Program-made: the position numbers and the translations under genes
The notes under the pieces: model-generated
What the model saw: only the letters and a program-made list of their open reading frames with translations
Told to the model about the DNA's origin: nothing
Databases searched by the model: none
Source of the DNA: Antedon mediterranea
Lineage: Eukaryota > Animalia > Echinodermata
Direction: 5' to 3'
DNA length: 64,000 nucleotides
Assembly (NCBI RefSeq): GCF_964355755.1
Contig: NC_092676.1
Span: 127,588-191,587 of the forward strand
Shown: one piece after another, positions 54,501 through 64,000 of the stretch
Layout of the letters: each line of letters starts with the position of its first letter
Numbering within the stretch: the first letter of the stretch is position 1

Positions 54501-57500
54501 AGGAAGAAATTAATTTGAAAAAAGTTGAGAGAACGTGATACAAAACAATTCCAAATATTAATTTAATTAAAATAACTTAGTCAAACAGTGCACTATATAA
54601 GGAAAGGTATAAAAGAAAAAAATCATTAATGTGACTGAAGACAGATTACTGATTTACAATTACATACAATTTAGTTAAATGTTAAATAATGAGTCCAACT
54701 TAATTCTTAAGTTCAGAGAAGGAGGTGACAATGATGGGTTTCAGAAGCAGTTTAAATTTAAGACAATACAATTTATAAGTGCATTATTTACGCAGAGTGG
54801 TATGAATAAAATCGGTTATCATACAATAATTTCAGGCGATGTGAATGCTAGATACAGCCAAACAGCAGTAGGATATGTGTCAAGACTAGGTAGCCTTTAA
54901 ACAACTTGTGATGGGCAACAAATCATGATATCTTCTTCAGATTTACTATTTTGTAAACATGATGCATACCTGAAGTTTGTTTAAATTAACAGGATGATCA
55001 TCTAAATTATAAAGATCTTGATTAATAGTTAGCATCTCTCTTAGTTGCCTCTCATCTTGGTAACAAAACTGCCTACCCATCGTCTTGGCTAACTCAGTAC
55101 TCTGTCCTTCTTTACTACAAATGTTACTTGGTATAAACAGGGTTTGATCACACATCATAATAATACCATGCAAAACTGTTTTTGTTTCTTGTTCCTGTTT
55201 CTAGTACAGCTGTATTGCATCACCTTATAAACAGCTGATTTAAACAAGGTTGTTTCATTCAACAATGTAGCTGTCACCAATGGAATATACCCATATGAAT
55301 ATTCATATCATAATGCCATGCTTCAGTAAACATTAATACTGTATAGTTTGTTTCAATTTTTGTATACAGTAATATACTGTAATAAACCATGACAAAGAGG
55401 ATTTCAGATAACATGTACAAATACATTTGGTATGCAAACATTGCATTGAACAAAAACTAAACATGTTTTACTTTTAGTATAAAAATTATTAAAATTCTTT
55501 CCCTACAGATTAAATGGAATAGTCAATATGAGGTGATATTCATAATTATTGACCAAGACATACTGTAGAGGGCAGCATTGTTAAATAATCAATGATTGAA
55601 CAAAAAATAATTTTAAGAATTATGAAAAACGAGAAACAATAGATAGTCAAATCAGTGAAACTATGAATCCATAATGTAATGACCCAGTACAGTAGCAGTA
55701 GAGACTTAGGAACTATCAGGATTCATAGTCTAAGCATTCTTCTAATCAAAAATGTGTAAATTTTGGAACACAAACTATGTAATAACTTATTGAAATTGAC
55801 ATTATATGATAGCGTAGACATCTTCATTGGAAAGGTTTTTTTTATAAAATTAAAAAGCAAATTGACATGCATGGATAATTTGCTACACATACAGTACTAT
55901 TAAATGAGCTGTCATCTTTGTGACATTAATATTCTAATTGCAGAAGTTTTGATTGTTTTGTTGCAAAATAATATCCTGACTATTTCACACTACTTTCCAA
56001 TTGACACCTTGCAACATTTATCATGGGAAATAGGAATGTTGCACATTGTAATGAAGTGTGTATAAGGTTTCAAATGTTACTAGTTTTCAGTATAATATGA
56101 ATACTAATATACACATTTTATATTAAAAAGAAAGGAAAATAAAAATAAAAAAAAAAAATAAATAAAAAAATAATTTGTAGATTAATACATTGTACCAGAA
56201 ATCCAATATATGGATAAAATTATGAAATAAGTACAATATATAATACTCTAACCCCAATTGTGTAAATAACTGAAAATCATTGAACTCAACACGAACTTTC
56301 TATCTGAGTGAACTTAAAAATTACATCATATTTTACAAACCCACAATTCTAAATTCAATTTTTACATTTTTCTTTAAGGAACACATACTACTTTAGTAAT
56401 TGTCGGCGCAACGGTAAAACAAAACAACTACTAAATGTATACAGTAAACTATGCAATTTATTCCAAGTGAATCAAGTGAGGATTCTCAATAAATAGATAA
56501 AATATACAATATACAATATTTGATAAGACAATGCAGTAAACGGTGTAGCTAAGATGCTGGTTGAGAAAAGAGTGTGTTAATAATGTGGTCAGTGCATGGT
56601 AATATTGGGCTTGGCCCACCTCATCTGACCAATTAGGATTAAGAGAATTAATGTGGTTTTCTGTTAGAGTCATTAACATTCTTAAAATCCATTAGCTAGA
56701 AAAGTGAAGGTAACAGGAAGGTAACCTGTCAATGTGAGGTTAAATAAAGAGATATATAGAGGATGTATAAATAATCAAATTAAAAGTAAATGTTGAATTG
56801 TTTAAAAGCTATGTGGTAGGTCTGCTACAGGAGCCCCCTTCCAGTGAAAGAATTAATGATAGAACGAGACAAAACGTTGAGGGAAATGAACATGTCTACC
56901 AGAACGAGTAGTACGGGGAGGGGTTGCCAAAATGGGTGACGGGTTGGTTGGTTTGACTAGGGGTGATGCTTGTAGCTTGGGAGTGAGGGTTTGCTCTTGG
57001 CTTTTAAATATATCAGTATCCAAATGAGCTACCTTTAAGCGATCAATACTGACTGTGTCCTGTCGACCATTTAGATCGAGAACAAAGTGTTTGTCTGTTC
57101 GACTTAATACCTTAAATGGACCATCATATGGACGTTGTAAGGGTTTTCGAACAGAGTCCCTTCGCACAAAAACATGGGTACAATTAAATATTTCTTGATT
57201 GATATAGGATTTACGGTTAGAGTTGGTGCGGGTAGGTGTGGGACGTAGTTTACTCATATTATCACGCAATCTATCAATATAATTAGAATAATCACAATGT
57301 TCAGAGTTTGAATTAAAGAATTGTCCAGGTAATCTTAAAGTAGTGCCATAAACAAGTTCAGCAGCACTATGACCTAGATCAGCCTTAAGGGCTGTACGAA
57401 TGCCTAAAAGTACTATAGGTAAATGTTCTGTCCATTTAGTGTGATCATTATGTGCTTTGAGAGAACCCTTCAAATGTCGATGAAAACGTTCTACAAGTCC

Positions 57501-60500
57501 GTTCGCAATAGGATGGTATGCAGTTGTATGAATGTGCTTAGTTCCTAGTAAGTTGGCGAGTGAATGAAATAATGCAGATTCAAATTGTCTTCCTCGATCT
57601 GTTGTAATGGTTGAAGGTATTCCGAATGAAGCGATCCATCGATTGACAAATGCGTGTGCGACAGTATCGGCTGTGATATCCGGAATAGGTACGGCTTCGG
57701 GCCATCGAGTAAAACGATCGATAAAAGTGAGTAAATAAGAAAAACCATTTGACGGAGGGAGAGGTCCAACAATATCTATATGTACATGGTCAAAACGGGC
57801 GTCAGGTGTAGAAAAAGTAGAGAGTGGCGAAACGGTGTGCCGGTGTACTTTGGAACGTTGACATTGAATGCATGTTTGAGACCATCGTCGTACATCACGA
57901 TTGATTGCTGGCCATACGAAACGGTCAGTAATTAAACGTTGTGTTGCTCGTATACCAGGATGTGATAGCGAATGTAGAGTGTCAAATATTATGCGTCTGA
58001 ATTCTTGTGGGATATATGGACGTGGATTGCCTTTGGAAATATCACAAAGAATTGTAGAGTCAGAAGTTGGAATTGGAAAGTTTTGAAATTGTAGTGAAAA
58101 CGGTGATTCAAGTAGCTTGTGCAATTCATCGTCATTCTTTTGTGCAGCAGCAATAAGACTAAAATCAACAATGTTAGTTGTGTTGTGACTGAAAGTATTA
58201 AGTTCGATTCGCGACAATGCATCAGCTGCTGCATTAGCTTTTCCACTCACATGGCGTATGTCCGTTGTGAATTGAGATATGAAATCGAGATGACGGATTT
58301 CGCGTGGCGAGTGACGATTTGGTTTGGCGAGTAAAGCATACACAAGTGGCTTATGGTCAGTAAAAATATGAAATGAGCGTCCTTCAAGTGAATGACGAAA
58401 ATGTTTAACTGAAAGGTATGCCGCCAAAAGTTCACGACCAAATGTGCTGTATCGCGTCTGCGCTGGTTTCAACTTCTGTGAGAAAAATGAAATAGGTTGC
58501 CAATTGTTGTCAATGCATTGTTGTAGTATACCCCCTATGGCCACATCCGAAGCGTCAACCATGATACTTAAAGGTGCATCTGGCTGCGGATGGGTGAGAA
58601 ATGTAGCACTTGCGAGGGCGACTTTAATATTATTAAATCCCAATAAAGCTGCGTCGGTCCATACCAGATCCTGTTTCTTACCTGCCCCAACAAGTAGAGC
58701 TGTGACAGGTTGTAAAATCTGGGCACACTGCGGTATAAATCGCCTATAAAAGTTAATAAGTCCAAGGAATTCACGAAGTTTGCGTAAAGAAGTTGGTTGT
58801 GGAAAGTTTTGTATCGCTTCGACCTTTACTTGAAGTGGTCGGACACCTTGCGAATCAACATGATGTCCAAGAAACTCGAGTGACGAAACTCCAAATTGGC
58901 ATTTCGCTGGGTTGAGAACAACGCCATACTCATTAAGACGTGTGAATAGTTGATGAAGATGAGTTTCGTGTTCCTCGGCGTTGGAACTTGCAAAAAGCAG
59001 GTCGTCGATATAAGCGTAGCAAAAATCCAATCCACGCGTTACCTGATCAATAAAACGTTGAAAAGTTTGAGCGGCATTGCGGAGGCCAAATGGCATTCTA
59101 ACAAATTCAAAAAGTCCAAATGGTGTAGTAATTGCTGTTTTATGAACATCAGCAGGTTCAACTGGTATCTGATGGTAAGCTCGGACGAGATCAATCTTAG
59201 AAAATATAGTGGATCCGTGCAGAGATGCTGTAAAATCGTGCATGTACGGGATAGGATACCGATCTGCAACAGTAGCATTGTTCAATGCTCGATAATCCCC
59301 ACAGGGACGCCAATCCCCAGGAGTTTTCTTAGGCACCATATGTAAAGGTGATGCCCAGTTACTTTTAGAGGGGCGTATAATTCCAAGCTGCATCATGTGT
59401 TCAAATTCATGTCTGGCTGTTTTGCAGCGGTCATGTGCGAGCCGTCGAGGATGTGACGAAATTGGTGGACCATGGGTCTGAATATGATGTGTCACATCGT
59501 GTTTTAGCGACGCTTCCTGATAACAAGGGCGTGTAATGTTTGGGAATTTTGTAAGAATGTAGTCCCAATTGGACTTAGCCTCAAGGGTGGTAAATATAAG
59601 ACCGAGAGGCGAAGTTTTGGAGGCGACACCTTGAATACTCAGGTTGGTGGTAGTGTCAATGAGTCGTCGATTATTCATATCGACTAACAGTCCAAAATGT
59701 CTTAAAAAATCAGCCCCTATGATGGGGTGTGTGACGTCTGCGACAACAAATAACCATTGAGATGTTCGTCTCAAACCTAAGTCTAAGGTTACAGAGCGAT
59801 GTCCATAAGTGTTGATAGATGTATTATTTGCGGCAGTCAAAGTAGACTCTTGTCGCCTATGTAGACGCTCATGGTGAGTAGGTGGAACAACGCTAACTTC
59901 TGCCCCAGTGTCTATGAGGAAACGTTGTTTGGATAATTGATTAACAATAAAGAAAAGGCGACTTACGATTTGACGGCCAGCAACATTCGTCGCATTTAGT
60001 TGTCGGCGTTGGAGTTTTCCGAACACGGCGGATTGCATTTTCGAGCATTTACTCCAAATTTTTCATGGTACCAACAGAGTTGAGGAGTGGTGTTTGAATG
60101 TTGAGCTGAGCGATCGGTACTGTTAGGTTGAGCAGGAGATGAATGCCTACCACTCGATCGATTTCGGTGTCGACTTGTGCTTCGACTTTGATATCTGTTG
60201 TGCCGTCGGTCAGATTGCAAGGAATTAACTTGCGTCGACAGTTGTTGAATCTGTTTTTGCAGGTTTTCAAGGGTTGCAGACAAGGAGGGTGTATTGTCCG
60301 TGTGTACTGCCGATACACTTGTTGGCGCAGTTGCAGTTACAGATACTTCAATAATTTTGTCAGCCAATGATGTCAAGCTTCCCAGGTCCAACTCATCCTT
60401 GGTTGAAGCTAGGATAAGCTGTACATTAGTTGGGAGGCGACTTAAGAATAGTTGTTTCATAATTGAAGATTCAAGTGGCCTGTCGCCTAAGAGTTGTAAC

Positions 60501-63500
60501 ATCCGTCGGTATAATTGCGACGGTTTCCTATCCCCCAACTCCTCGGCCGTCAGGAGTTGGCGGAGGCGCTGTTGGTCGGAGTCAGTTGTCCGACGTATTA
60601 AGGTATCTTTCAAGTTCACATACCTGTTATCAGTAGGCGGGTTGAGAAGTAGATCCAGAACTTCCTGCGCAATTTCAGGTTGCAATGATCCGACTAAGTA
60701 AGCGTATTTTGTAGCATCTACTGTAATCCCACGCGTTGTGAACTGTGCTTCCACTTGGGTGAACCACAATATCGGATCATTGGGCCAGTATGGAGGCAGT
60801 TTCAACGCTACCGAAGAAATTGGCCTGTTGACGGTTGCTGCGTCAGGAGCGGGCACCACAGGTTGTTCCTGGTGCTGGGGTTGTGCTGGAGGTTGCGGTA
60901 GCTGTCGTTGTTGCTGTTGTCCTTCCATTTTAAGTTAAATTCGGTATAAGAAAGTCGAGGGTCACCACTTTAGTAATTGTCGGCGCAACGGTAAAACAAA
61001 ACAACTACTAAATGTATACAGTAAACTATGCAATTTATTCCAAGTGAATCAAGTGAGGATTCTCAATAAATAGATAAAATATACAATATACAATATTTGA
61101 TAAGACAGAGCAATAAACGGTGTAGCTAAGATGCTGGTTGAGAAAAGAGTGTGTTAATAATGTGGTCAGTGCATGGTAATATTGGGCTTGGCCCACCTCA
61201 TCTGACCAATTAGGATTAAGAGAATTAATGTGGTTTTCTGTTAGAGTCATTAACATTCTTAAAATCCATTAGCTAGAAAAGTGAAGGTAACAGGAAGGTA
61301 ACCTGTCAATGTGAGGTTAAATAAAGAGATATATAGAGGATGTATAAATAATCAAATTAAAAGTAAATGTTGAATTGTTTAAAAGCTATGTGGTAGGTCT
61401 GCTACACTACAGTACTTCTACCCTATATACTTACAACAACAAATGATTTTAAATTACATTAATGTTATTCATGGTATTTGGCAGATACATACAGTACAAA
61501 ACATCATTGGTCAAAAGTATTTTAAACTCAACATAAAATATTCAGGTATGATAGCATTGAGATCAACATCATCAAAAATAAATATAAAAATATTGAATGA
61601 TAATCAATTATGTATCACAAGTACTACAGTACTTTTGATAATACAGGGCCGTAGCCAGGATCTGTCAAGGGGGGGTTCGCACACTAAGTATTTGGGTCAC
61701 CCCCACCCCCATACCTACCCCCCCCCCTGGGGTGGGGCCTGAGGCGAAGCAAATTTTGTTAAATGACACCCCTAGATGGCCGGAAAAGACACTCTCATGC
61801 AGCATGCTACCAATGAGCAAAACGATCGTACTTGGACTCATGGACTAACGATAACATTTGTTGCCGTATGTTAGATGCGCGTGCTCTGTGCGGAACCGCC
61901 GATTGTTTGATCATTTACTCGATATTTTGTTTTGCGTTCAAGTTCAATGCGAACGTATGTCTAGGAGAAGCCCCGAAAAAAGCACACTGGGTGAAGGCAA
62001 ATGCAATTCTTATTATAGCTCTATCTATAATATTTATTTACAGCAATTTGTTGAGGAAATTTAATATGCCAATGTAAATAGGTGATATTGATACATTTGA
62101 GTACGTATCGGCTGGTGGTCTAGAAAAAAATAATCGGATGTCATAATGTGAACTACAGTACATGATACCATAGATATTATAGTGTAAAATATTAATATTC
62201 ACTATAATCCTCTATGGTACATTATACTTCATAGCCACACATAAATACTGATGTATGTCGGAAGGCTATATACTTTATGCATGCTCAGCCTGACTGCCAG
62301 TGATCTAAACAATTGGTACGCAGTTGTCTGGCGGTGTACTTTGTACGAATCGTTCGTCCGTCCCCCAGCTCGCTGTGAGACGCGTCAATATCATGTTACA
62401 TGCAGGGACCAAACATTTGTTTTTCAGGTTAAAATCGGCAATTCATTTGCAACTCTTTACAGACTATATCACTCGAAGTACGCTCATACAGGGAAGAAGG
62501 TACTGTATGAGTTATTCCGAACGAGTTTACAAATTTTTTAATTTACGAACAACTTTTTGTACTGTGGGGCACGTATTTGGACAATTTTCGGAGATGAGGG
62601 TGAGGTATTGGGCATGTCGGGGATGGGGGTTCGCAGTCGGTTAAGGGGGTTTCGCTGTAAAGGGGGGGTTCGCCCGAACCACAAAAACCCCCCCTGGCTA
62701 CGGGCCTGTAATACATACATTTAAGTATATTTCCTACCTCCACAGATTGACTAGGGCACTGCATCATCATCTTCTTCTAGCAAACTGGCCCTGTACCAAA
62801 GTGCTTTGCATAACACCTAGCAAACTATGTTGATTTTGTAGGTATCATGTGTATTATCAGGTATACATATCACTTGATTACACTCAAGAGCCTTTTGAAT
62901 GTGTCAAGAATTCTTAATAGAAATCAGTAGAAATTTATCTTACAATATTTGATGCAATTAGATCAAAAAATAACTTGTTTAAATGGCAGCTTGTAGATAC
63001 AGCATCAAATCAACATGGCACCTTGTAGACAATTAGCAATGGGCCTTTGCATGGATCACAGCATCAAATCAACACTACTATTTTAGGATTATTTGCTGAC
63101 ATTTATTTATTATAGGTTTAATATTCAGAATGTGAAGTCCTTCATGAAGAATCTTGGCTTTGGGGTGCTTCTTCAGATTTAGATGAAATTAAAGCTGTTT
63201 ATTTTTTTACTTACATTACAGTTGAATGGTACTGAATGATTGAAAAAAAACACTACAGTCTACTTCTAATATTCATCATAAATTATCCTTAAGTAACAGC
63301 AAAGCGGAGAATCTACCATAATAATACTGTACATAAGAACTTTACATAAGAAAATCCAAATTGACCTTTGACATTACACATGCACCATTCTGGCACGTAA
63401 CAGTGCCCTAAACTTTGCATAGTTCATACTTACTTTACAGTAATAACATAACACATATTAATACAATATTTCAGGTTTCTGAGTGGAGACCAAAAACGTT

Positions 63501-64000
63501 AATTTGAATATCAAAATATTAGCGTGTATCAATTTCAAGTGTACAACTAATGACAACCACAAAATAATAACTTGTATTCACATAATGATTAATATAGCTG
63601 CATCTAATCATTATGATATTAATCTTCATAATATTTTGACCTTTTCCAAGCATTTAGCCAGTAAGAGCAGCAGTGCACAAATCTTAGACCATGTTTAACT
63701 TGCATTAGCAGAACACATACAGCAGTAAATATTGCAATGGATTATTGACTCTCATTTAATTTTATACAGTTATAATATTTGTGTAAAAAATACAGATAAA
63801 ACTTACCTTTTGAAGCAATTGAAGTAAAGAAGACATTTTTTCTCTGACATCTTTAAAGGGGCATGTTTGTCGATATCTCATCGCTGTAAGTAAATAGCTC
63901 TGAGTCCGCTTATCTACATACTTAGGACCAGAGCCAATATGTCCATTAAATTCTCCTACATCAGATCCACTGATTGTAAGATCTAACAAATTAGCCGAAA
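42506..64000 (-). CDS. SESN: Sestrin (SESN1/3-like); 5' end runs off the window
   Basis: Exons (-): >63989-63807, 51873-51808, 46887-46855, 46352-46182, 45453-45271, 44939-44727, 44299-44164, 43868-43738, 43173-43064, 42934-42709, 42592-42506, all in phase. Motifs: [108 protein letters not shown]. Confidence 0.95.
43596..43734. repeat. 17-bp x8 minisatellite abutting a sestrin splice donor
   Basis: ATATCGAGGGTATTTAA repeated; on the - strand it starts 3-4 nt after CAG|GT at 43737. Confidence 0.92.
44497..44590. repeat. 45-bp x2 duplication in a sestrin intron
   Basis: AAATTCACAGCAAAACTACACATAAATGTAAACATACAGGAAGGC occurs twice. Confidence 0.85.
48570..48714. repeat. 36-bp x4 minisatellite
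   Basis: GGCCTAGTATTAAATGATATAGCTAGCAGTAGGAAG repeated. Confidence 0.9.
48786..48970. repeat. ~70-bp x2.5 tandem repeat
   Basis: TGGAAACAATGACCGCATC.TATAATTTGCTATTT occurs three times. Confidence 0.85.
49171..49350 (-). CDS. Candidate alternative first coding exon of sestrin (short isoform)
   Basis: ATG-initiated 60-codon ORF ending GCG|GTAAGA in phase 0, compatible with exon 46887-46855. Confidence 0.5.
49568..49718. repeat. 36-bp x4 minisatellite
   Basis: TTTACTATATCTACTGTATGTTGTGCTGTGTTGCAT repeated. Confidence 0.9.
50831..51561 (+). mobile_element. Non-autonomous piggyBac-like element
   Basis: TTAA TSDs (50827-50830, 51562-51565), TIR CACTTTCACCGCCA / TGGCGGTGAAAGTG, subterminal palindromic repeat AAAGACGGAAAT.TCCGTCTTT x2, and residual acidic N-terminus [19 protein letters not shown]. 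Confidence 0.85.
54970..55173 (-). CDS. Candidate alternative first coding exon of sestrin (intermediate isoform)
   Basis: ATG-initiated ORF ending CAG|GTATGC in phase 0, compatible with exon 51873-51808. Confidence 0.4.
56853..60020 (-). CDS. pol: Gypsy pol polyprotein (PR-RT-RNaseH-IN)
   Basis: FLIDTGAE protease, YIDD RT, DAS..RELLA..TDHKPL RNase H, H-H-C-C zinc finger, DIVG/TDRG/VERFH integrase, GPF motif. Uninterrupted ORF in the -1 frame relative to gag. Confidence 0.96.
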   Translation of the reverse strand, partial: GKLQRRQLNATNVAGRQIVSRLFFIVNQLSKQRFLIDTGAEVSVVPPTHHERLHRRQESTLTAANNTSINTYGHRSVTLDLGLRRTSQWLFVVADVTHPIIGADFLRHFGLLVDMNNRRLIDTTTNLSIQGVASKTSPLGLIFTTLEAKSNWDYILTKFPNITRPCYQEASLKHDVTHHIQTHGPPISSHPRRLAHDRCKTARHEFEHMMQLGIIRPSKSNWASPLHMVPKKTPGDWRPCGDYRALNNATVADRYPIPYMHDFTASLHGSTIFSKIDLVRAYHQIPVEPADVHKTAITTPFGLFEFVRMPFGLRNAAQTFQRFIDQVTRGLDFCYAYIDDLLFASSNAEEHETHLHQLFTRLNEYGVVLNPAKCQFGVSSLEFLGHHVDSQGVRPLQVKVEAIQNFPQPTSLRKLREFLGLINFYRRFIPQCAQILQPVTALLVGAGKKQDLVWTDAALLGFNNIKVALASATFLTHPQPDAPLSIMVDASDVAIGGILQQCIDNNWQPISFFSQKLKPAQTRYSTFGRELLAAYLSVKHFRHSLEGRSFHIFTDHKPLVYALLAKPNRHSPREIRHLDFISQFTTDIRHVSGKANAAADALSRIELNTFSHNTTNIVDFSLIAAAQKNDDELHKLLESPFSLQFQNFPIPTSDSTILCDISKGNPRPYIPQEFRRIIFDTLHSLSHPGIRATQRLITDRFVWPAINRDVRRWSQTCIQCQRSKVHRHTVSPLSTFSTPDARFDHVHIDIVGPLPPSNGFSYLLTFIDRFTRWPEAVPIPDITADTVAHAFVNRWIASFGIPSTITTDRGRQFESALFHSLANLLGTKHIHTTAYHPIANGLVERFHRHLKGSLKAHNDHTKWTEHLPIVLLGIRTALKADLGHSAAELVYGTTLRLPGQFFNSNSEHCDYSNYIDRLRDNMSKLRPTPTRTNSNRKSYINQEIFNCTHVFVRRDSVRKPLQRPYDGPFKVLSRTDKHFVLDLNGRQDTVSIDRLKVAHLDTDIFKSQEQTLTPKLQASPLVKPTNPSPILATPPRTTRSGRHVHFPQRFVSFYH
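59996..60928 (-). CDS. gag: Gypsy gag with CHCC-type knuckle
   Basis: [48 protein letters not shown]. Confidence 0.93.
   Translation of the reverse strand: MEGQQQQRQLPQPPAQPQHQEQPVVPAPDAATVNRPISSVALKLPPYWPNDPILWFTQVEAQFTTRGITVDATKYAYLVGSLQPEIAQEVLDLLLNPPTDNRYVNLKDTLIRRTTDSDQQRLRQLLTAEELGDRKPSQLYRRMLQLLGDRPLESSIMKQLFLSRLPTNVQLILASTKDELDLGSLTSLADKIIEVSVTATAPTSVSAVHTDNTPSLSATLENLQKQIQQLSTQVNSLQSDRRHNRYQSRSTSRHRNRSSGRHSSPAQPNSTDRSAQHSNTTPQLCWYHEKFGVNARKCNPPCSENSNADN
61644..62708 (+). mobile_element. ~1.06-kb non-autonomous DNA element (copy 2, both TIRs intact)
   Basis: CAGGGCCGTAGCCAGG...CCTGGCTACGGGCCTG; flanked by TAATA on both sides; homologous to 19305-20357. Confidence 0.87.

Larger units (their letters stand above)
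56392..61406 (-). mobile_element. Full-length Ty3/Gypsy LTR retrotransposon (CsRn1/Kabuki-like)
   Basis: 438-bp LTRs at 56392-56829 and 60969-61406; 4-bp TSD CTAC; PBS TGGTGACCCTCGAC (60954-60967, tRNA-Trp-like); polypurine tract GGAAGGGGG next to the 3' LTR; open gag and pol. Confidence 0.97.

Noticed and set aside
56458-56679. 73-aa ORF duplicated at 61035-61256
   Set aside because: It lies within the LTRs, and the duplication is explained by LTR identity.
57545-60938. Alternative-frame and antisense ORFs within gag/pol
   Set aside because: Expected shadow ORFs of GC-richer coding sequence; no motifs and no env-like ORF.
11550-64000. Functional cluster of transporter, spermine synthase and sestrin (nutrient/mTOR theme)
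   Set aside because: Adjacency alone is not evidence; it would need conserved synteny or co-expression, which cannot be assessed here.

Overview
AT-rich, intron-containing eukaryotic DNA from an invertebrate metazoan; the taxon cannot be fixed from the sequence alone. It is not prokaryotic, and there is no CRISPR array, rRNA or operon. Four spliced genes were reconstructed by hand: (1) a type-I membrane protein with about 6 MAM and about 5 LDL-receptor class A domains (3104-11244, +); (2) an SLC46/PCFT-like MFS transporter (11550-18261, +); (3) spermine synthase (18933-30736, +), with two minor-spliceosome (U12) introns, one AT-AC and one GT-AG; (4) sestrin (42506 to beyond 64000, -), with candidate alternative first exons. 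Introns and the intergenic region contain four large tandem arrays, several non-autonomous DNA transposons (Harbinger-like, piggyBac-like, Academ-like, one with an 8-9 bp TSD, and a CAG-ended element present twice), a rearranged LINE inside a four-level nest of elements, and an apparently intact Gypsy LTR retrotransposon in sestrin intron 1. I found no convincing wholly new biological system. The most unusual patterns are tandem duplications that repeatedly copy exon ends together with their splice donors, a 3.9-kb AATAAA/TGACTCA-rich satellite filling a U12 intron, and a LINE whose RT core is replaced by an inverted duplication. Coordinates were read by eye and may be off by a few bases.
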